DNA of 64,000 nucleotides from contig NC_068985.1 in assembly GCF_001194135.2 (NCBI RefSeq), positions 9,843,520 through 9,907,519 of the forward strand, given 5' to 3'. The stretch comes from Octopus bimaculoides (lineage: Eukaryota). A program made the position numbers and the translations under genes. Positions 10,844-23,134 of this stretch are shown here, piece by piece. The number at the start of each line of letters is the position of its first letter. The stretch's first letter is position 1. The notes under the pieces were generated by a model that had not been told where the DNA came from, ran no database searches, and saw only the letters and a program-made list of their open reading frames with translations.

Positions 10844-12723
10844 TCTCTGTTAACTAAATCTGTAATATAAAGTTGGTACCTAGACACAACGATGTACTCA
10901 CTTTATTGTATGGCATTAATGCCATTGAGCAATTTTTTTTTTTTTTTTAAAGTTAAAACAAGACAAAAAGCCACTTCTTTTAAGGGATTTTCAGAAAATA
11001 ATTCATTGCCAATGAAAATTGTGACCAAATAAGGAATTAAATTCTATTGGTGAAGGTGCTGAAGTGTACTGATAATAGTATTTACTAGACTTTCTACCCA
11101 GAGTTGCCTGGTAAAGTATTCACGGAATTGTCTGCCACTTTGTAGAATGTGAATTCATGGTACTTATGCATGTATATATATATACATGGCCTCAGTCTGG
11201 TCACTGAAACAGGTGAAAGATAAGAGGTATCATCATCATCATCATCATCGCTTAACGTCCGCTTTCCATGCTAGCATGGGTTGGACGATTTGACTGAGGA
11301 CTGGTGCAACCGGATGGCTACACCAGGCTCCAATCTAATTTGGCAGAGTTTCTACAGCTGGATGCCCTTCCTAACGCCAACCACTCAGAGAGTGTAGTGG
11401 GTGCTTTTACGTGTCACCCGCACGAAAACGGCCACGCTCGAAATGGTGTCTTTTATGTGCCACCCGCACAAGCCAGTCCAGGGGCACTGGCAACGATCTC
11501 GCTCGAAAACCCTACAAGGCCAGTCAGGCGGTACTGGCAACGGTCATGCTCAGGATGGTGTGCAAAATGAAAGCTCAAATACTTTTAAATTACAATTCCA
11601 TAACTTAAATACAATATCAAACTGATATTTGAGATTTATTTTTTATTTCAGATAAAATTGAAATAATCTGTGAAACCTTTCTTCAAAGTTTCATTCTTAA
11701 ATAAAAGTTTATGTAACATATAAAATGGAAAAGTGACATTTTGAAGTAGATCTGATTTTTAGGCTGGTCATCACGTTGGCTCAGAGGAGAAGTATATTTG
11801 ATTGTCATGTGTACAAATAAACACTAGCATTCCTTAATTTACCATTAAACAACAGTAATGAACACAATTCTCAATGCACTAAAAAGAAATTTTTCTTTGA
11901 TCCATGTGTTACAAGGGCCATCTAGTTAAAAAGTTACAAGAAGAGTTATTCTTTGATAATAACCAGTTGTAACTTCAAGGTGGCGAGCTGGCAGAAACGT
12001 TAGCATACTGGGTGAAAAGCTTAGTGGTATTTCGTGAGACTTTATGTTCTGGGTTCAAATTCTACCAAGGTCAACTTTGCTTTTATCTTTTTGGGGTTGA
12101 TAAATTAAGCACCAGTTGCATACTGGGGTCAATGTAATCAACTGGCCCCCTCCACCAATATTTCGGGCCTTGTGCCTAGAGTAGAAAAGATTGTCAACAT
12201 GGATAGGGCAGTAAGCCGGCAGAAATGTAACCACGACAGGTGAAATGCTTAGTGGTATTTCGTGAGACTTTACATTCAGAGTTCATATTCTGCCAAGGTC
12301 AATTTTGCCTTTCACCCCTTCGAAGTCGATAAATTAAGTACCATTTACATACTGGGGTAAATCTAATCGACTGGCCCCCATCCATAAAATTTTGGGGCCT
12401 TGTGCCAAGAATAGCAAAGACTAACCACTTGTAACTGTTCTGTTAATTACTACATCAAAAATACGAACTTAGTCAGTCCGTTGCTCAGGTAAGTTCTATA
12501 TGGTTGCTATTCTCACCAGAGTATCAAGAAAATCTTGTTTCTGTTCTTAAATTACTTCAGGTTAATTAAGAAAGTGATGCACTGTCGGTTGTACCATATT
12601 CAGAAACACCATAAACTGTATAATACAGAATATATTAGTATTCAATTAAACCTTGGGAGGGGCATTATGCCGGAAATAAACACACGCACTGGTTCAGTCC
12701 TTCATTAATTTATATAGTTTTTT

Positions 12724-12764
12724 GTTAAATTATTTCATTGCACTCTAACAATCTCTTCAGTAAC
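12724..12764 (-). ncRNA. Minimal hammerhead-like motif (left arm of palindrome)
   Basis: Same motif on the minus strand; stem II is weakened (AUUGUU/UGCAAU). Confidence 0.5.
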
Positions 12765-12912
12765 TTGTCTCTCCACTTCCATTTATTTTGAATATATGAT
12801 CTGGCGTTGTTTCAAAACTGTTTGGTATGAGCATGTGAGTGTGTGCAAGCTCGTATGTGTGCCAAAACAACGCCAGATCATATATTCAAAATAAATGGAA
12901 GTGGAGAGACAA

Positions 12913-12953
12913 GTTACTGAAGAGATTGCAAGAGTGCAATGAAATAATTTAAC
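12913..12953 (+). ncRNA. Minimal hammerhead-like motif (right arm of palindrome)
   Basis: GUUA-CUGAAGA-G-AUUGCAagagUGCAAU-GAAA-UAA-UU^UAAC. Stem I is 4 bp, stem II is 6 bp, with one extra nt after A9. Confidence 0.6.
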
Positions 12954-13125
12954 AAAAAACTATATAAATTAATAAAGGACTGAACCAGTGCGTGTGTTTA
13001 TTACCGGCATAATGCCTCTCCCAAGGTTTAATTGTATTTCTTTCAACACACGTATCCACATCAAGAATCTTGCACACGAAATATTAGTATTCAATATCTG
13101 TAAATTATTGGAAATTTATGTTGAG

Positions 13126-13554
13126 TACCGTAAATCCTTGAGTATAATACACAGGGGAAAAACCTAAACCATGTGTATAATACGCACCCCTTCTCTAACT
13201 AGAGTCAAGGAGGTCTGTATAACGTCCTTGGTTTGTAAACATATATATAGTAACGTCCTTTATTATTATTGTATATATAACATAATGCAAACGTGTAGCT
13301 TTTTGTACACTTTGTTTGCAGAAAGTAAAGAAATAACAGTAATAACGTCAGTGAAAAATAAATATTGCTTAAGGTATTTTCGCGCCCGACATCACAAAAA
13401 TGCGTCTGAATAAACATTGTCAGACAGCAAATAGAGACTCGGACATTGCTTAGAAAATATTTTTCATTTTTAACCTCGTATATAGTACACACTAGGGATT
13501 TTGACCTTTAAATTTTGGGGAAAAAATGTGGATTATACTCGAGGATTTACGGTA
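13126..13554. mobile_element. TA-flanked MITE (Tc1/mariner superfamily)
   Basis: TIRs TACCGTAAATCCTTGAGTATAAT / ATTATACTCGAGGATTTACGGTA. Confidence 0.8.
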
Positions 13555-14199
13555 GTTATTTTCATCATCATCATTTAACGTCCGCTTTCCATGCTAGCAT
13601 GGGTTGGACGATTTGACTGAGGACTGGTGACACCAGATGGCTACACCAGGCTCCGTGGTGCATAAATAAGCACAAGAAGTTTTTCAATTGTTAGGAGTAA
13701 ATAGAATAATTAATTAACCAAAACCTAAAATTTTATTAGCACAGGCGCAGGTGTGACTGTGTGGTAAGAAGCTTGCTTCCTAACCACATGGTTCCAGGTT
13801 CAGTCCCACTGCGTGGCACCTTGAGTGTCTTCTCCTATAGCCTTGGGCCCAACCAAAGCCTAGTGAATGGATTTGGTAGACAGAAACTGAAAGAAGCCCA
13901 TCGTGTGCATATATGTGTGTGTATGTGTTTTTTCCCTACCCCACCATCGCCTGACAACCAATGTCGGTGTGTTTGCGACCCCCGTAACTTAGCAGTTCAG
14001 CAAAAGAGACTGATAGAATAAGTACTAGGCTGACAAAGAATAAATCCTGGGGTCAATTTGTTCAACCAGAGGTGCTCCAGCATGGCTGCAGTCAAATGAC
14101 TGAAGTAAGTAAAAGAATGAAAGAACATAAGGCGTATGACTGTTTTCCAGCCAAACACAATCCATTTCTATGCCTTACCATTTTACAAACATGGGCACC

Positions 14200-15370
14200 T
14201 CACACAATTAGAGGACCCAAATTTTACTGATAACTTAACATTGCTGTTTTGCAGTCATCACCAGATGCTGGACAAGAAACTGAAACAGTCAACAACTTTG
14301 AAGAAAGCTGGGCTACAAATCCTCCTGATAAACAGGACTAGTGTTAAACCAGTAAACCTGGAGGAAGTGAGGGCTTTCACATACCTGCACAGCATCATTT
14401 GACACACCCAAAAATAAATAAATAAAATAGCACCACAGCAGACGAGGTAAGAATTGGCAAAGCCTGACCAGCTTTTTTGTAGCTTAATTGAAGAATATCT
14501 GATGCTCCAGAATTCTAACCATAACCCTAAGGATCAAATGTTCAAACAGTGGTAAACTAGGAAGCAAAATCCAATGGCACTGACTAGACGAATCTTGCTC
14601 AGTTCTTTGGTCATATAAAATCATCCACACTGATCTCTAAGGACTCTACATGAGATTAACATGGGGTAACTGACACACTATGAACACCAGTAACCAGCAA
14701 TGCCAGTGAAGTCTTTACATGGAATACTCGGGCAAATGCAGTTTTGCACCTCTCCTTGAAAAATGCATTTTTTTGGATTCCTATGTTTAAGATGTACGAG
14801 ATTATGAATATGCAAAAAAAATTTTTAACCCCACACAAAAAAAAATTTGAACTTTTTCAAAATTTTTTTCCTCTTATGTTTTAGATGATGGAGATTCCAA
14901 ATATGCAAGAAGCCACGTTTTGAAACTTTTAAATTCAATAAGCATATATAGATATATGTATAAAGAGATAGATATGTCTTCCTATGGCTAAAAATAACAG
15001 TAACACTGTCTTCTATAGGACTGCCACATTTAGTTGACAAATGTATTTTATGAATAAACGGACAGAGATAAATAAATAAATTAAAAATTTTTTTTTTTTT
15101 GCATATTTGTAATCACCAACATCTAAAACGTAGGAATCCACAAATATTTTTTCAAAAAAACTGCATTTTCCAAGGAGTGGTGCGAAAGTGCTTTAGCCCC
15201 GGAATACCCAATGGAAGAAGTTGACCAAGGAGTACAGACCTTCTGATTGATGAAAAAAAAAAAAAGAAAGAAAAAAAGTAAGTAGAGAGCATAGCCCAGG
15301 ACAGGAAAGGTTGAAAAATTATTGCTATTAGCTTCAATAAAGACAATGGATGAAGATGTGAAATTAAAAG
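14200..15370 (+). mobile_element. RTE(BovB-like) LINE fragment interrupted by a TIR element at about 14728-15203
   Basis: LEDPNFTDNLTLL..KAGLQI..LEEVRAFTYLHSII..RIGKA..FTWN, resuming at about 15204 with ESIAQDRKG. GAATAC flanks both ends of the insert. Confidence 0.6.
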
Positions 15371-15500
15371 AAAAAAAAGGAAGAGTAGGATGATTGCCAC
15401 TGACCTGAAGTGAAGTAACAAAAAGGAAATTCATATTCCTTCTCTTTGGGCAAACTTGGGTGTTCATAAGTGTGTGGAAAACGAATATGAAAAAACAAAT

Positions 15501-15530
15501 GTGCGCTGACGACCCTGAGGTAGGGAGGGG
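15501..15530 (+). ncRNA. 5' half of a probable hammerhead cut by the assembly gap
   Basis: GUGCG-CUGACGA-CCCU(gagguaggg)AGGG-G then Ns. Confidence 0.35.
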
Positions 15531-16498
15531 NNNNNNNNNNNNNNNNNNNNNNNNNNNNNNNNNNNNNNNNNNNNNNNNNNNNNNNNNNNNNNNNNNNNNN
15601 NNNNNNNNNNNNNNNNNNNNNNNNNNNNNNNNNNNNNNNNNNNNNNNNNNNNNNNNNNNNNNNNNNNNNNNNNNNNNNNNNNNNNNNNNNNNNNNNNNNN
15701 NNNNNNNNNNNNNNNNNNNNNNNNNNNNNNNNNNNNNNNNNNNNNNNNNNNNNNNNNNNNNNNNNNNNNNNNNNNNNNNNNNNNNNNNNNNNNNNNNNNN
15801 NNNNNNNNNNNNNNNNNNNNNNNNNNNNNNNNNNNNNNNNNNNNNNNNNNNNNNNNNNNNNNNNNNNNNNNNNNNNNNNNNNNNNNNNNNNNNNNNNNNN
15901 NNNNNNNNNNNNNNNNNNNNNNNNNNNNNNNNNNNNNNNNNNNNNNNNNNNNNNNNNNNNNNNNNNNNNNNNNNNNNNNNNNNNNNNNNNNNNNNNNNNN
16001 NNNNNNNNNNNNNNNNNNNNNNNNNNNNNNNNNNNNNNNNNNNNNNNNNNNNNNNNNNNNNNNNNNNNNNNNNNNNNNNNNNNNNNNNNNNNNNNNNNNN
16101 NNNNNNNNNNNNNNNNNNNNNNNNNNNNNNNNNNNNNNNNNNNNNNNNNNNNNNNNNNNNNNNNNNNNNNNNNNNNNNNNNNNNNNNNNNNNNNNNNNNN
16201 NNNNNNNNNNNNNNNNNNNNNNNNNNNNNNNNNNNNNNNNNNNNNNNNNNNNNNNNNNNNNNNNNNNNNNNNNNNNNNNNNNNNNNNNNNNNNNNNNNNN
16301 NNNNNNNNNNNNNNNNNNNNNNNNNNNNNNNNNNNNNNNNNNNNNNNNNNNNNNNNNNNNNNNNNNNNNNNNNNNNNNNNNNNNNNNNNNNNNNNNNNNN
16401 NNNNNNNNNNNNNNNNNNNNNNNNNNNNNNNNNNNNNNNNNNNNNNNNNNNNNNNNNNNNNNNNNNNNNNNNNNNNNNNNNNNNNNNNNNNNNNNNNN
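15531..16498. other. Assembly gap (N run)
   Basis: N run. Other gaps at 295-630, 2756-3304, 54093-54520 and 63516-63525. Confidence 1.
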
Positions 16499-16529
16499 AT
16501 TTTTCGATGTTATTATTTTTATTATTCAA

Positions 16530-16790
16530 GTCACTGCCTATAATCGAACTCGGAATCTTGGGATTAGTAGCCCGCGCTTATAACCCCAAGATTCCGAGTT
16601 CGATTCCAGGCAGTCACCTGAATAATAATAATAATAATATCGAAAAATACCTTAGGAATGAGAACCCATGTTTGAAATTTCCCCCAGACCTCCTGATGAA
16701 GGCTGGAGGGTATATCAGCTGAAACGTTGTGCTAACAACAAACAAGATGAGGACAAGTATCTGTCAAATGTAAATAATGTTCAATAATAA
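16530..16790 (+). mobile_element. Second copy of the tRNA-head/hammerhead element, with a fold-back 5' end
   Basis: B box GTTCGATTCC at about 16598; CUGAUGA at 16693-16699 and GAAACGUU at 16721-16728. 16530-16563 is inverted against 16584-16617. Confidence 0.7.
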
Positions 16791-16809
16791 CGTTTGTACT
16801 GTTTTAGAC

Positions 16810-17043
16810 CAGTGGTTCCCAAACTTTTTCGGGCTGCCTCCTCCTTGACACCCAAGCATAGACCTCTTTCTGAAGCAAATTCAAAGCAATTGCATTTCAC
16901 AAACAAAACAGAACGTAATGAACCCATTGTTCTGTTGTTTTTATATGAATCATTACCACATTATCGCCGCTCCACTTCAACGCCCTCTTGGAACTTTCCA
17001 CTGCCCCCAGCGGGGGCAATACCACCCACTTTGGGAACCACTG
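16810..17043. mobile_element. hAT (Charlie-like) MITE
   Basis: TIRs CAGTGGTTCCCAAA / TTTGGGAACCACTG with a perfect 8-bp TSD TTTTAGAC (16802-16809; 17044-17051). Confidence 0.9.
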
Positions 17044-18264
17044 TTTTAGACAAAGAGAAACAGAGAGAGAAAATTCAAATAAGCGTCTTGTTTTAGAATA
17101 ATTGCTTATCACACGGTTCAATTAACAAGATACATATGACAATGTTAACATACATTCAATTACATCAATTTAGATCAGTTGTTTTCAATCATTTTTTAAC
17201 CATATTTTACTCAGGTGGACCCCATAGCCATTCGATGTTTAAAAATTAATTTTATAGAAAATTCTTTCAAAATACGTAATTTGTTTGTCACACATTCACT
17301 TGCGTAGGCTGAAGTTTGTAAAAAGTTAAAGAAACCAAGTGGTTTCTTGCAATAAGAAACATCTAAAGCAAAAATGGTAAACATTAACCGCAAAAACTTT
17401 TCACGGACCCTTAATATACTACTGTGTGTCCCCAATTTACTATTTAGCTTGCGTGGACTCCCAAAGAACTTTTATATGGACTCCGGTTGAGAACTGTCCA
17501 TTTGGGCGAAAGTAAAGAATACGCACACCCGGTGTTTAAGGTTTTGTTACGCCGAAAGCGAGTGGTGTACGTATTATTTACCTCTGCCTGGTTCTCGCAA
17601 CCAAAAAGTGAACAAATGTATTTTTCTTTGGTATAGAATTCCTCGTGTCATTTCGATCGATTCGAAAGTAAAGAATGACAGAATATATTTCGCTGTAAGT
17701 AAATAAGAACCAATTTGTATTTACTTTTTTAATCACCTCATACTGAAGGATTACCAAAAGTCAATTAAATTGAATTCATTTACCAAACACATGGACAAAC
17801 TATATTTCCTCTGTTGTCTATATCTTAACTAACTTTAATGAACAAATTTTCAACAATGAGATATATTAAAATGAAAAGTTCATAAAAACATAAGCGGGAA
17901 TATAGCCTGATTCCGTCCACATGTTGCTAGATAAATATAAAACTCTTATTGAGATGGAGGAAGACGGAAGGAATAATTATTAAATAAATAAAACACCAAT
18001 AGAATTTACATAACAGCACAAATTTCGCTCTGCAAAAAAATTACAGAATGTCATAAGATAACTGGAAAATAAATTCAGTAGCATTCTTTAAATGAAGAGG
18101 AGTTTAAAAGGAAAACATGAAACCGGAACCAAGTTTAAATGTTATTTCAGTGTTGAGTTATTGCTCTTACATTGATTCAGAGCATAGGAAGGAGGAACGT
18201 AACCACGAAATTCGACTACAATAGGTCTCTTCCGCATTTATTTTCTTAAATATAAATATAAATG

Positions 18265-19584
18265 CTAAGGATCATCAGGAATGGAAAGAGACTTAAAGTA
18301 TTGCAAAGCTCTGTAAACACTATTTCCACAAATATTAAAAGTGGGATGTGTGGGTCTCACTTCGTTGTCATCTCCCCCAAGGATGTGTAAAGCGAGTTTA
18401 GAGCCGTTATGCTGAGCGATAGACAATCCGCTCAGGCAATAACAAGTGTGATAGAAGTCCCGGGATTTCTTAGGTTTGTCACGAAGACCGCCACGCATGT
18501 GTTGACAACAAGTTAATACATATTCTTGCAAAGCACCAGAATGAAAGAGCCAGGTGTCAGCTGGAAACCCCAGGTCACCTTGCTGTTGTAAAGCCGATTG
18601 TAAAAGCGCGATGGCACCACCTTGCCAAAACGAATAACAACCATCAACCAGTTTTTCAGTGCGACCTTGAAAACCTCCTTCGAACTTCATTTGTCTGTTT
18701 GCAATCCAACGAAGTAACAATTTAGTATCACACAAATGGAGTTTGCCTAAAAGACACAAGGCAGCGAGTCCGCAAAATGTGTAACCGCCGTGGGCCTCCA
18801 AACCGGGACGCCCGGCAAAGCCACCTTCGTATGTCTGGCAACTTGCCACCCATTCTGGTGATAGGTAAAACAACTTTGAACAACTGGAAATAATATTGCT
18901 GAGTACAGCAGCACTGGCAACGAGGTAGATTCCACGGACGTCCGTTTCACCGTTTTGATGGAGAGTAAAAGAACCATCAGGTTGTTTCATACGAAAGAAG
19001 AAGGACAACAATTTCGGTCTGTCTATCACATCAAAACTGTGTTTAGTGCCTAGGATACATAAAGCGTTAACTGCAGCATAAGTAGAAGCGAGATGAGGTT
19101 CTTGTCCCGGTCCTCCGCCGAAACCTCCATCTGGATGTTGACAGCGGTTTAAGAAATTTGCAATCTGAGTCTCTAATTCCGATGAAAGAGGTAAGGCGTC
19201 TAAGAGGTCGAGACTGTGAAGAATCCAGTAACATATCCAAGTTCGGCTGGCATCGAGACATTGATAAGATACTCCCAACTCTCGAAGACCTGCTGTCAAG
19301 AATTCAACGTGCCTTTTTCTTTTTAAAGACGGAGGAGCTAAGTTGCTGGATCTTTCGATAAAGATTTCCTCCGAACCAGAATCGTCTTTGCTACTTTTTT
19401 CCATTTCACCGAAGTATTTCGCTCGAGCAGCCAAGAACATTTTTTCGATTTCTTTTTCGACATTTCCCTGCTCGTATGAAGTATCGGTAGGTATTCCATC
19501 GTTTATCAAGCGGCTCGCAGCAAGGACACCGTCTTCAATATTTTCTGCATAGCGAGGAACAAGATGTTTAATTTCTGCCGCCAT
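18265..19584 (-). CDS. FNTB: Protein farnesyltransferase subunit beta, single-exon CDS, 439 aa from first ATG
   Basis: Uninterrupted ORF with prenyltransferase repeats (GGFGGGPGQEPHLASTYAAVNAL; YEGGFAGRPGLEAHGGYTFCGLAAL) and zinc-ligand motifs KLVDGCYSFWQ and DFYHTCYCLSGLS. The ORF track starts at a GTG (19596); the first ATG is 19584. Confidence 0.96.
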   Translation of the reverse strand: MAAEIKHLVPRYAENIEDGVLAASRLINDGIPTDTSYEQGNVEKEIEKMFLAARAKYFGEMEKSSKDDSGSEEIFIERSSNLAPPSLKRKRHVEFLTAGLRELGVSYQCLDASRTWICYWILHSLDLLDALPLSSELETQIANFLNRCQHPDGGFGGGPGQEPHLASTYAAVNALCILGTKHSFDVIDRPKLLSFFFRMKQPDGSFTLHQNGETDVRGIYLVASAAVLSNIISSCSKLFYLSPEWVASCQTYEGGFAGRPGLEAHGGYTFCGLAALCLLGKLHLCDTKLLLRWIANRQMKFEGGFQGRTEKLVDGCYSFWQGGAIALLQSALQQQGDLGFPADTWLFHSGALQEYVLTCCQHMRGGLRDKPKKSRDFYHTCYCLSGLSIAQHNGSKLALHILGGDDNEVRPTHPTFNICGNSVYRALQYFKSLSIPDDP

Positions 19585-19833
19585 GCTGTTTATCACGTGC
19601 TGCCATCAACGACATCTAGCGGCAGGACTTATTAAATTAATGACCAACATCAAGAGGAATTAACTCCCGTTTATTAGACTTCACCGTAGACTAAAGGCAG
19701 GGAAGCTTTTTAGAGCGGAGGGTAAAAATTTCCTAAGAAAAGGGTTCGCGGGCGAATTACAACTTCTAACTCTGTGTAAATCTTGTATATATATATCTGT
19801 ATAATTCGATATACGTTAATAAAGATAAGTATA

Positions 19834-20198
19834 TTGTTGTTGGCACTCCGTCGGTTACGACGTCGAGGGTTCCAGCTGATCCGATCAACGGAACAGCCTG
19901 CTCGTGCAAGTGGCTGAGCACTCCACAGAAACGTGTACCCTTAACGTAGTTCTCGGGGATATTCAGTGTGACAAGGCTGGCTCCTTTGAAATACAGGTAC
20001 ACCAGAAACAGGAAGAAAGAGTAAGAGAAAGTTGTGGTGAAAGAGTACAGCAGGGTTCGCCACCATCCCCTGCCGGAGCCTCGTGGAGCTTTAGGTGTTT
20101 TCGCTCAATAAACACTCAACGCCCGGTCTGGGAATCGAAACCTGCGATCCTATGACCGCGAATCCGCTGCCCTAACCACTGGGCCGTTGCGCCTCCAC
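19834..20198 (-). mobile_element. tRNA-derived SINE, family D, upstream of FNTB
   Basis: Full head and tail; TSD GATAAGTATA (19824-19833; 20204-20213). Confidence 0.85.
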
Positions 20199-21341
20199 TC
20201 AATGATAAGTATAACACATTAGATAAACGTGTAACATCTTGATTAACGCCGCCACTGAATTTAGGACGTTTATGTTACTTATGAGTAATTCTGTATTTTT
20301 CAGCTAGTGTATTACATACGAATATACCAGCCTGTGGGTGCAATAAAATGTAGGCTCGCGAATGTTCCCCCTCCTCACCCTATTTAGAAAATCCCCTATT
20401 ATGAAACTAAGAACTTGCTGCGTCACTAAGCATTCGCTGATAAAACTGGCAATTAATTCATCCATTGTAATATAGGCACAAAACCTGATATTTTGTGGGA
20501 AGTAGATTAGTCAAAATACATTGACCCCAGTGCTTAAATGGTACTTTATTTAATCGACTCCGAAAGGATGATATTGGCAAAGTTGACTGCGGAATGAATT
20601 GATCTCAGAACGTAATGAGTCGGAGGAAATGCCGCTTAGCATTTTGTCCGAAGCGCTAATGATTCTGCCAGCTCACCGCCTTGATAAAGCGTCAGCAAAA
20701 ATTAGCAAATAATAAATAAAGTTGTATGATGACCGTAAGACAGGAATTCTAACGTTTTAGTGGAGTACCCAGAAAGCAATTTCCTTTTGCCTCAGCCGAA
20801 TGCACCCGCCCCAACCTGTCTATTTATCCCACAACATACCAGCCAAATGAAATGTGACAAGTTCGTTACTAAACTAATAAATTTCCTAGGACATGAGGAT
20901 ATAAGGAAAATATATCACTAGCTATTTAGATAATAAATGAAATTTTTACTTAACAAAAACACAAGACACTAACGTATAATTTTTATGCATGTACACATAC
21001 GCAAGCATTTCTTTCATTTATACTTTGAAAATCTGTTCAACTTATTTAAGCCATTCTACTTCCCAGAAATAATTCAAAAACTGTAAGGGGAGATAATCTA
21101 CGTTCCCATTAAATGCTAAGATGTGTTGACTACTGCGCCATCTGACGGTCTGTAATAAAACGAATTGTTTGAGTTGAATGTCTTTGGTGTTTCTACCTCT
21201 TATGTGCTTCAAGGATTTACTTTTAGGTAATAATAATAATAATCTGTGAGATATTTTGATGTCTCTGTTTACTTTATTAATTACCTCTAATGTATTGCAG
21301 CTTATATTTTTAAATTATATTTGTTATATATATGTATATAA

Positions 21342-21373
<32 letters not shown>

Positions 21374-22214
21374 ATGTATGTTTCTTCTCAAGTTGCATAT
21401 GGAGGCCTTTAAAAAATGTGTACATTACATCGGATGAATTTATATTAAATGTTCCGATTATTTCAATTACTTTTTGTCCCTTTATTATTAATCTATAAAT
21501 TTTAAATGTACATTAATTAATTAATCAATATTTTTAGACACATAAAGTTACTTTTCTATGTTAGTTTGATACCTGAAATTACAATGAAAATTATGGTTTT
21601 CCCCTAAAATGCATATGGTAGACTATTTGTATAATAATTTTAATAAAACCGCAAACTGCCTTTGTGATTACATGTAAACTTTAGATCAGATAATCTCTTA
21701 AATATTGAATCCAAGAATAGTTTTTTTTTTCTTTTCAAGTTAATCCGATGTCTAAACTTATGTTACATTTAATAACAAACATTGATCTTAAGTTATATAA
21801 TATTTTTAATTATAAAGGAAAGGTGCTTTTTTTCGAGGAGGGCAGTTGCCTATATGAAATAAGACCGTTAAAGGAAATCGAGTATTCAATATGATCCTCT
21901 TTAGCGCTGCAGAATTATTTATGTCTACCACATAGAAGTAATATTAAAATAATAATAATTAAAAGGAGAAAAGTATTCGCTCTTAAAGATTTGTTTGTTT
22001 TCTAATTGATCAGTATTTATCTTAAATTTGAAATTTGTTTGGTTGTAGTTTATCATTTATAAGTTACTGTAGACATCGTTTTTGTCGCCAGGAAAAAGTG
22101 TTTCCGATGTTTTCTTGCTTTCTTTTATTAGATTCTATTTTCAGAAACTAATAAAACAAAGCTGGTTTTTTTTTTTTTTTAAATATTTTTTATACTGCTA
22201 ACAATTATGTTTTG

Positions 22215-22707
22215 TTTAGTGAGTACAGATCGGCGGAGGCAGTGGAGAGCCGGGATAAATAAATAAATACTTTACACCTAATTAGCTCAGTATTCAGTTG
22301 GAATATTATCGGAATAGATTCTGTCTGGAGTTGGTATATATACGTTTGGCGATCTTTCGAAGTTTGTACGTATAATGCGGTGAACAAAGTGAAAAAAAAA
22401 AAAAATCACATCGCTTGAAAGTGAAAGCAAAGCACAAATTGCCATCGTGTCTGTATCTGTGTTGTAGATGGAACTATGTGTGTGTATGTATGAGAATGTT
22501 CGTAAAGTTGATTTTATTACACTTTCTTTTCTATCTGTGCAGTGTAAACGTTCTATTGTTAATTTAATTACAATATAATAAATCAACCGTATCGATTGTT
22601 GATAAATTTTCCGATTATTAACGATTATTTATCAGTTTCTCTTTATACTTTCAGTGCAGTTTGATTTACCGTTTTCTATGTACAATATTCGAAAGTTCGA
22701 CGTAAGT
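22215..22707 (+). promoter_or_regulatory. Candidate CpG-containing promoter / non-coding first exon, possibly of KAT5
   Basis: Repeat-free, locally CpG-enriched stretch ending in a consensus donor AC|GTAAGT (GT at 22702). The link to KAT5 is inference only. Confidence 0.3.
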
Positions 22708-23093
22708 TCAATCAACTTATTATACTTGTTTTTGTGAGAGATAACCATTATAGGCGCTCGTTTCTTAACACGTTCCCTTGTTAACAATTTTGACTAAACA
22801 GAATCCAACGGAATTTCAACAGGGTTGCTCTTTTCTTAGAGATTCTTGAAAAAAATGAATGATCTTTTACTTGTTTCAGTCATTGGATTGCGGCCATGCT
22901 GGGGCACCGCATCCAATGATTTAGTCGAACAACCCAACCCCTTGTACTTATTTTATTTTCTTAAACCTAGTACTCATTCTATCGTTATCTTTTTGCCAAA
23001 CCGCTAAGTTACGAAGGAGCGGCATACGCAAACCAACACCGGTTTCCAAATGATGGTAGTGTGCGCCCGCACGCTTACCCCCCCCCTCCATCA

Positions 23094-23134
<41 letters not shown>

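Larger units (their letters stand above)
12643..13034. repeat. Long near-perfect palindrome (~170-bp arms, ~50-nt loop), probably inverted Penelope-like terminal repeats
   Basis: 12643-12812 is the reverse complement of 12864-13034 with few mismatches. A 15-bp direct repeat ATATTAGTATTCAAT lies at 12632 and 13081. Confidence 0.85.

Noticed and set aside
19585-19596. ORF-track starts at GTG 19596 (FNTB) and TTG 32361 (KAT5)
   Set aside because: Near-cognate starts from a prokaryotic-style caller. In-frame ATGs at 19584 and 32400 fit the homologues.
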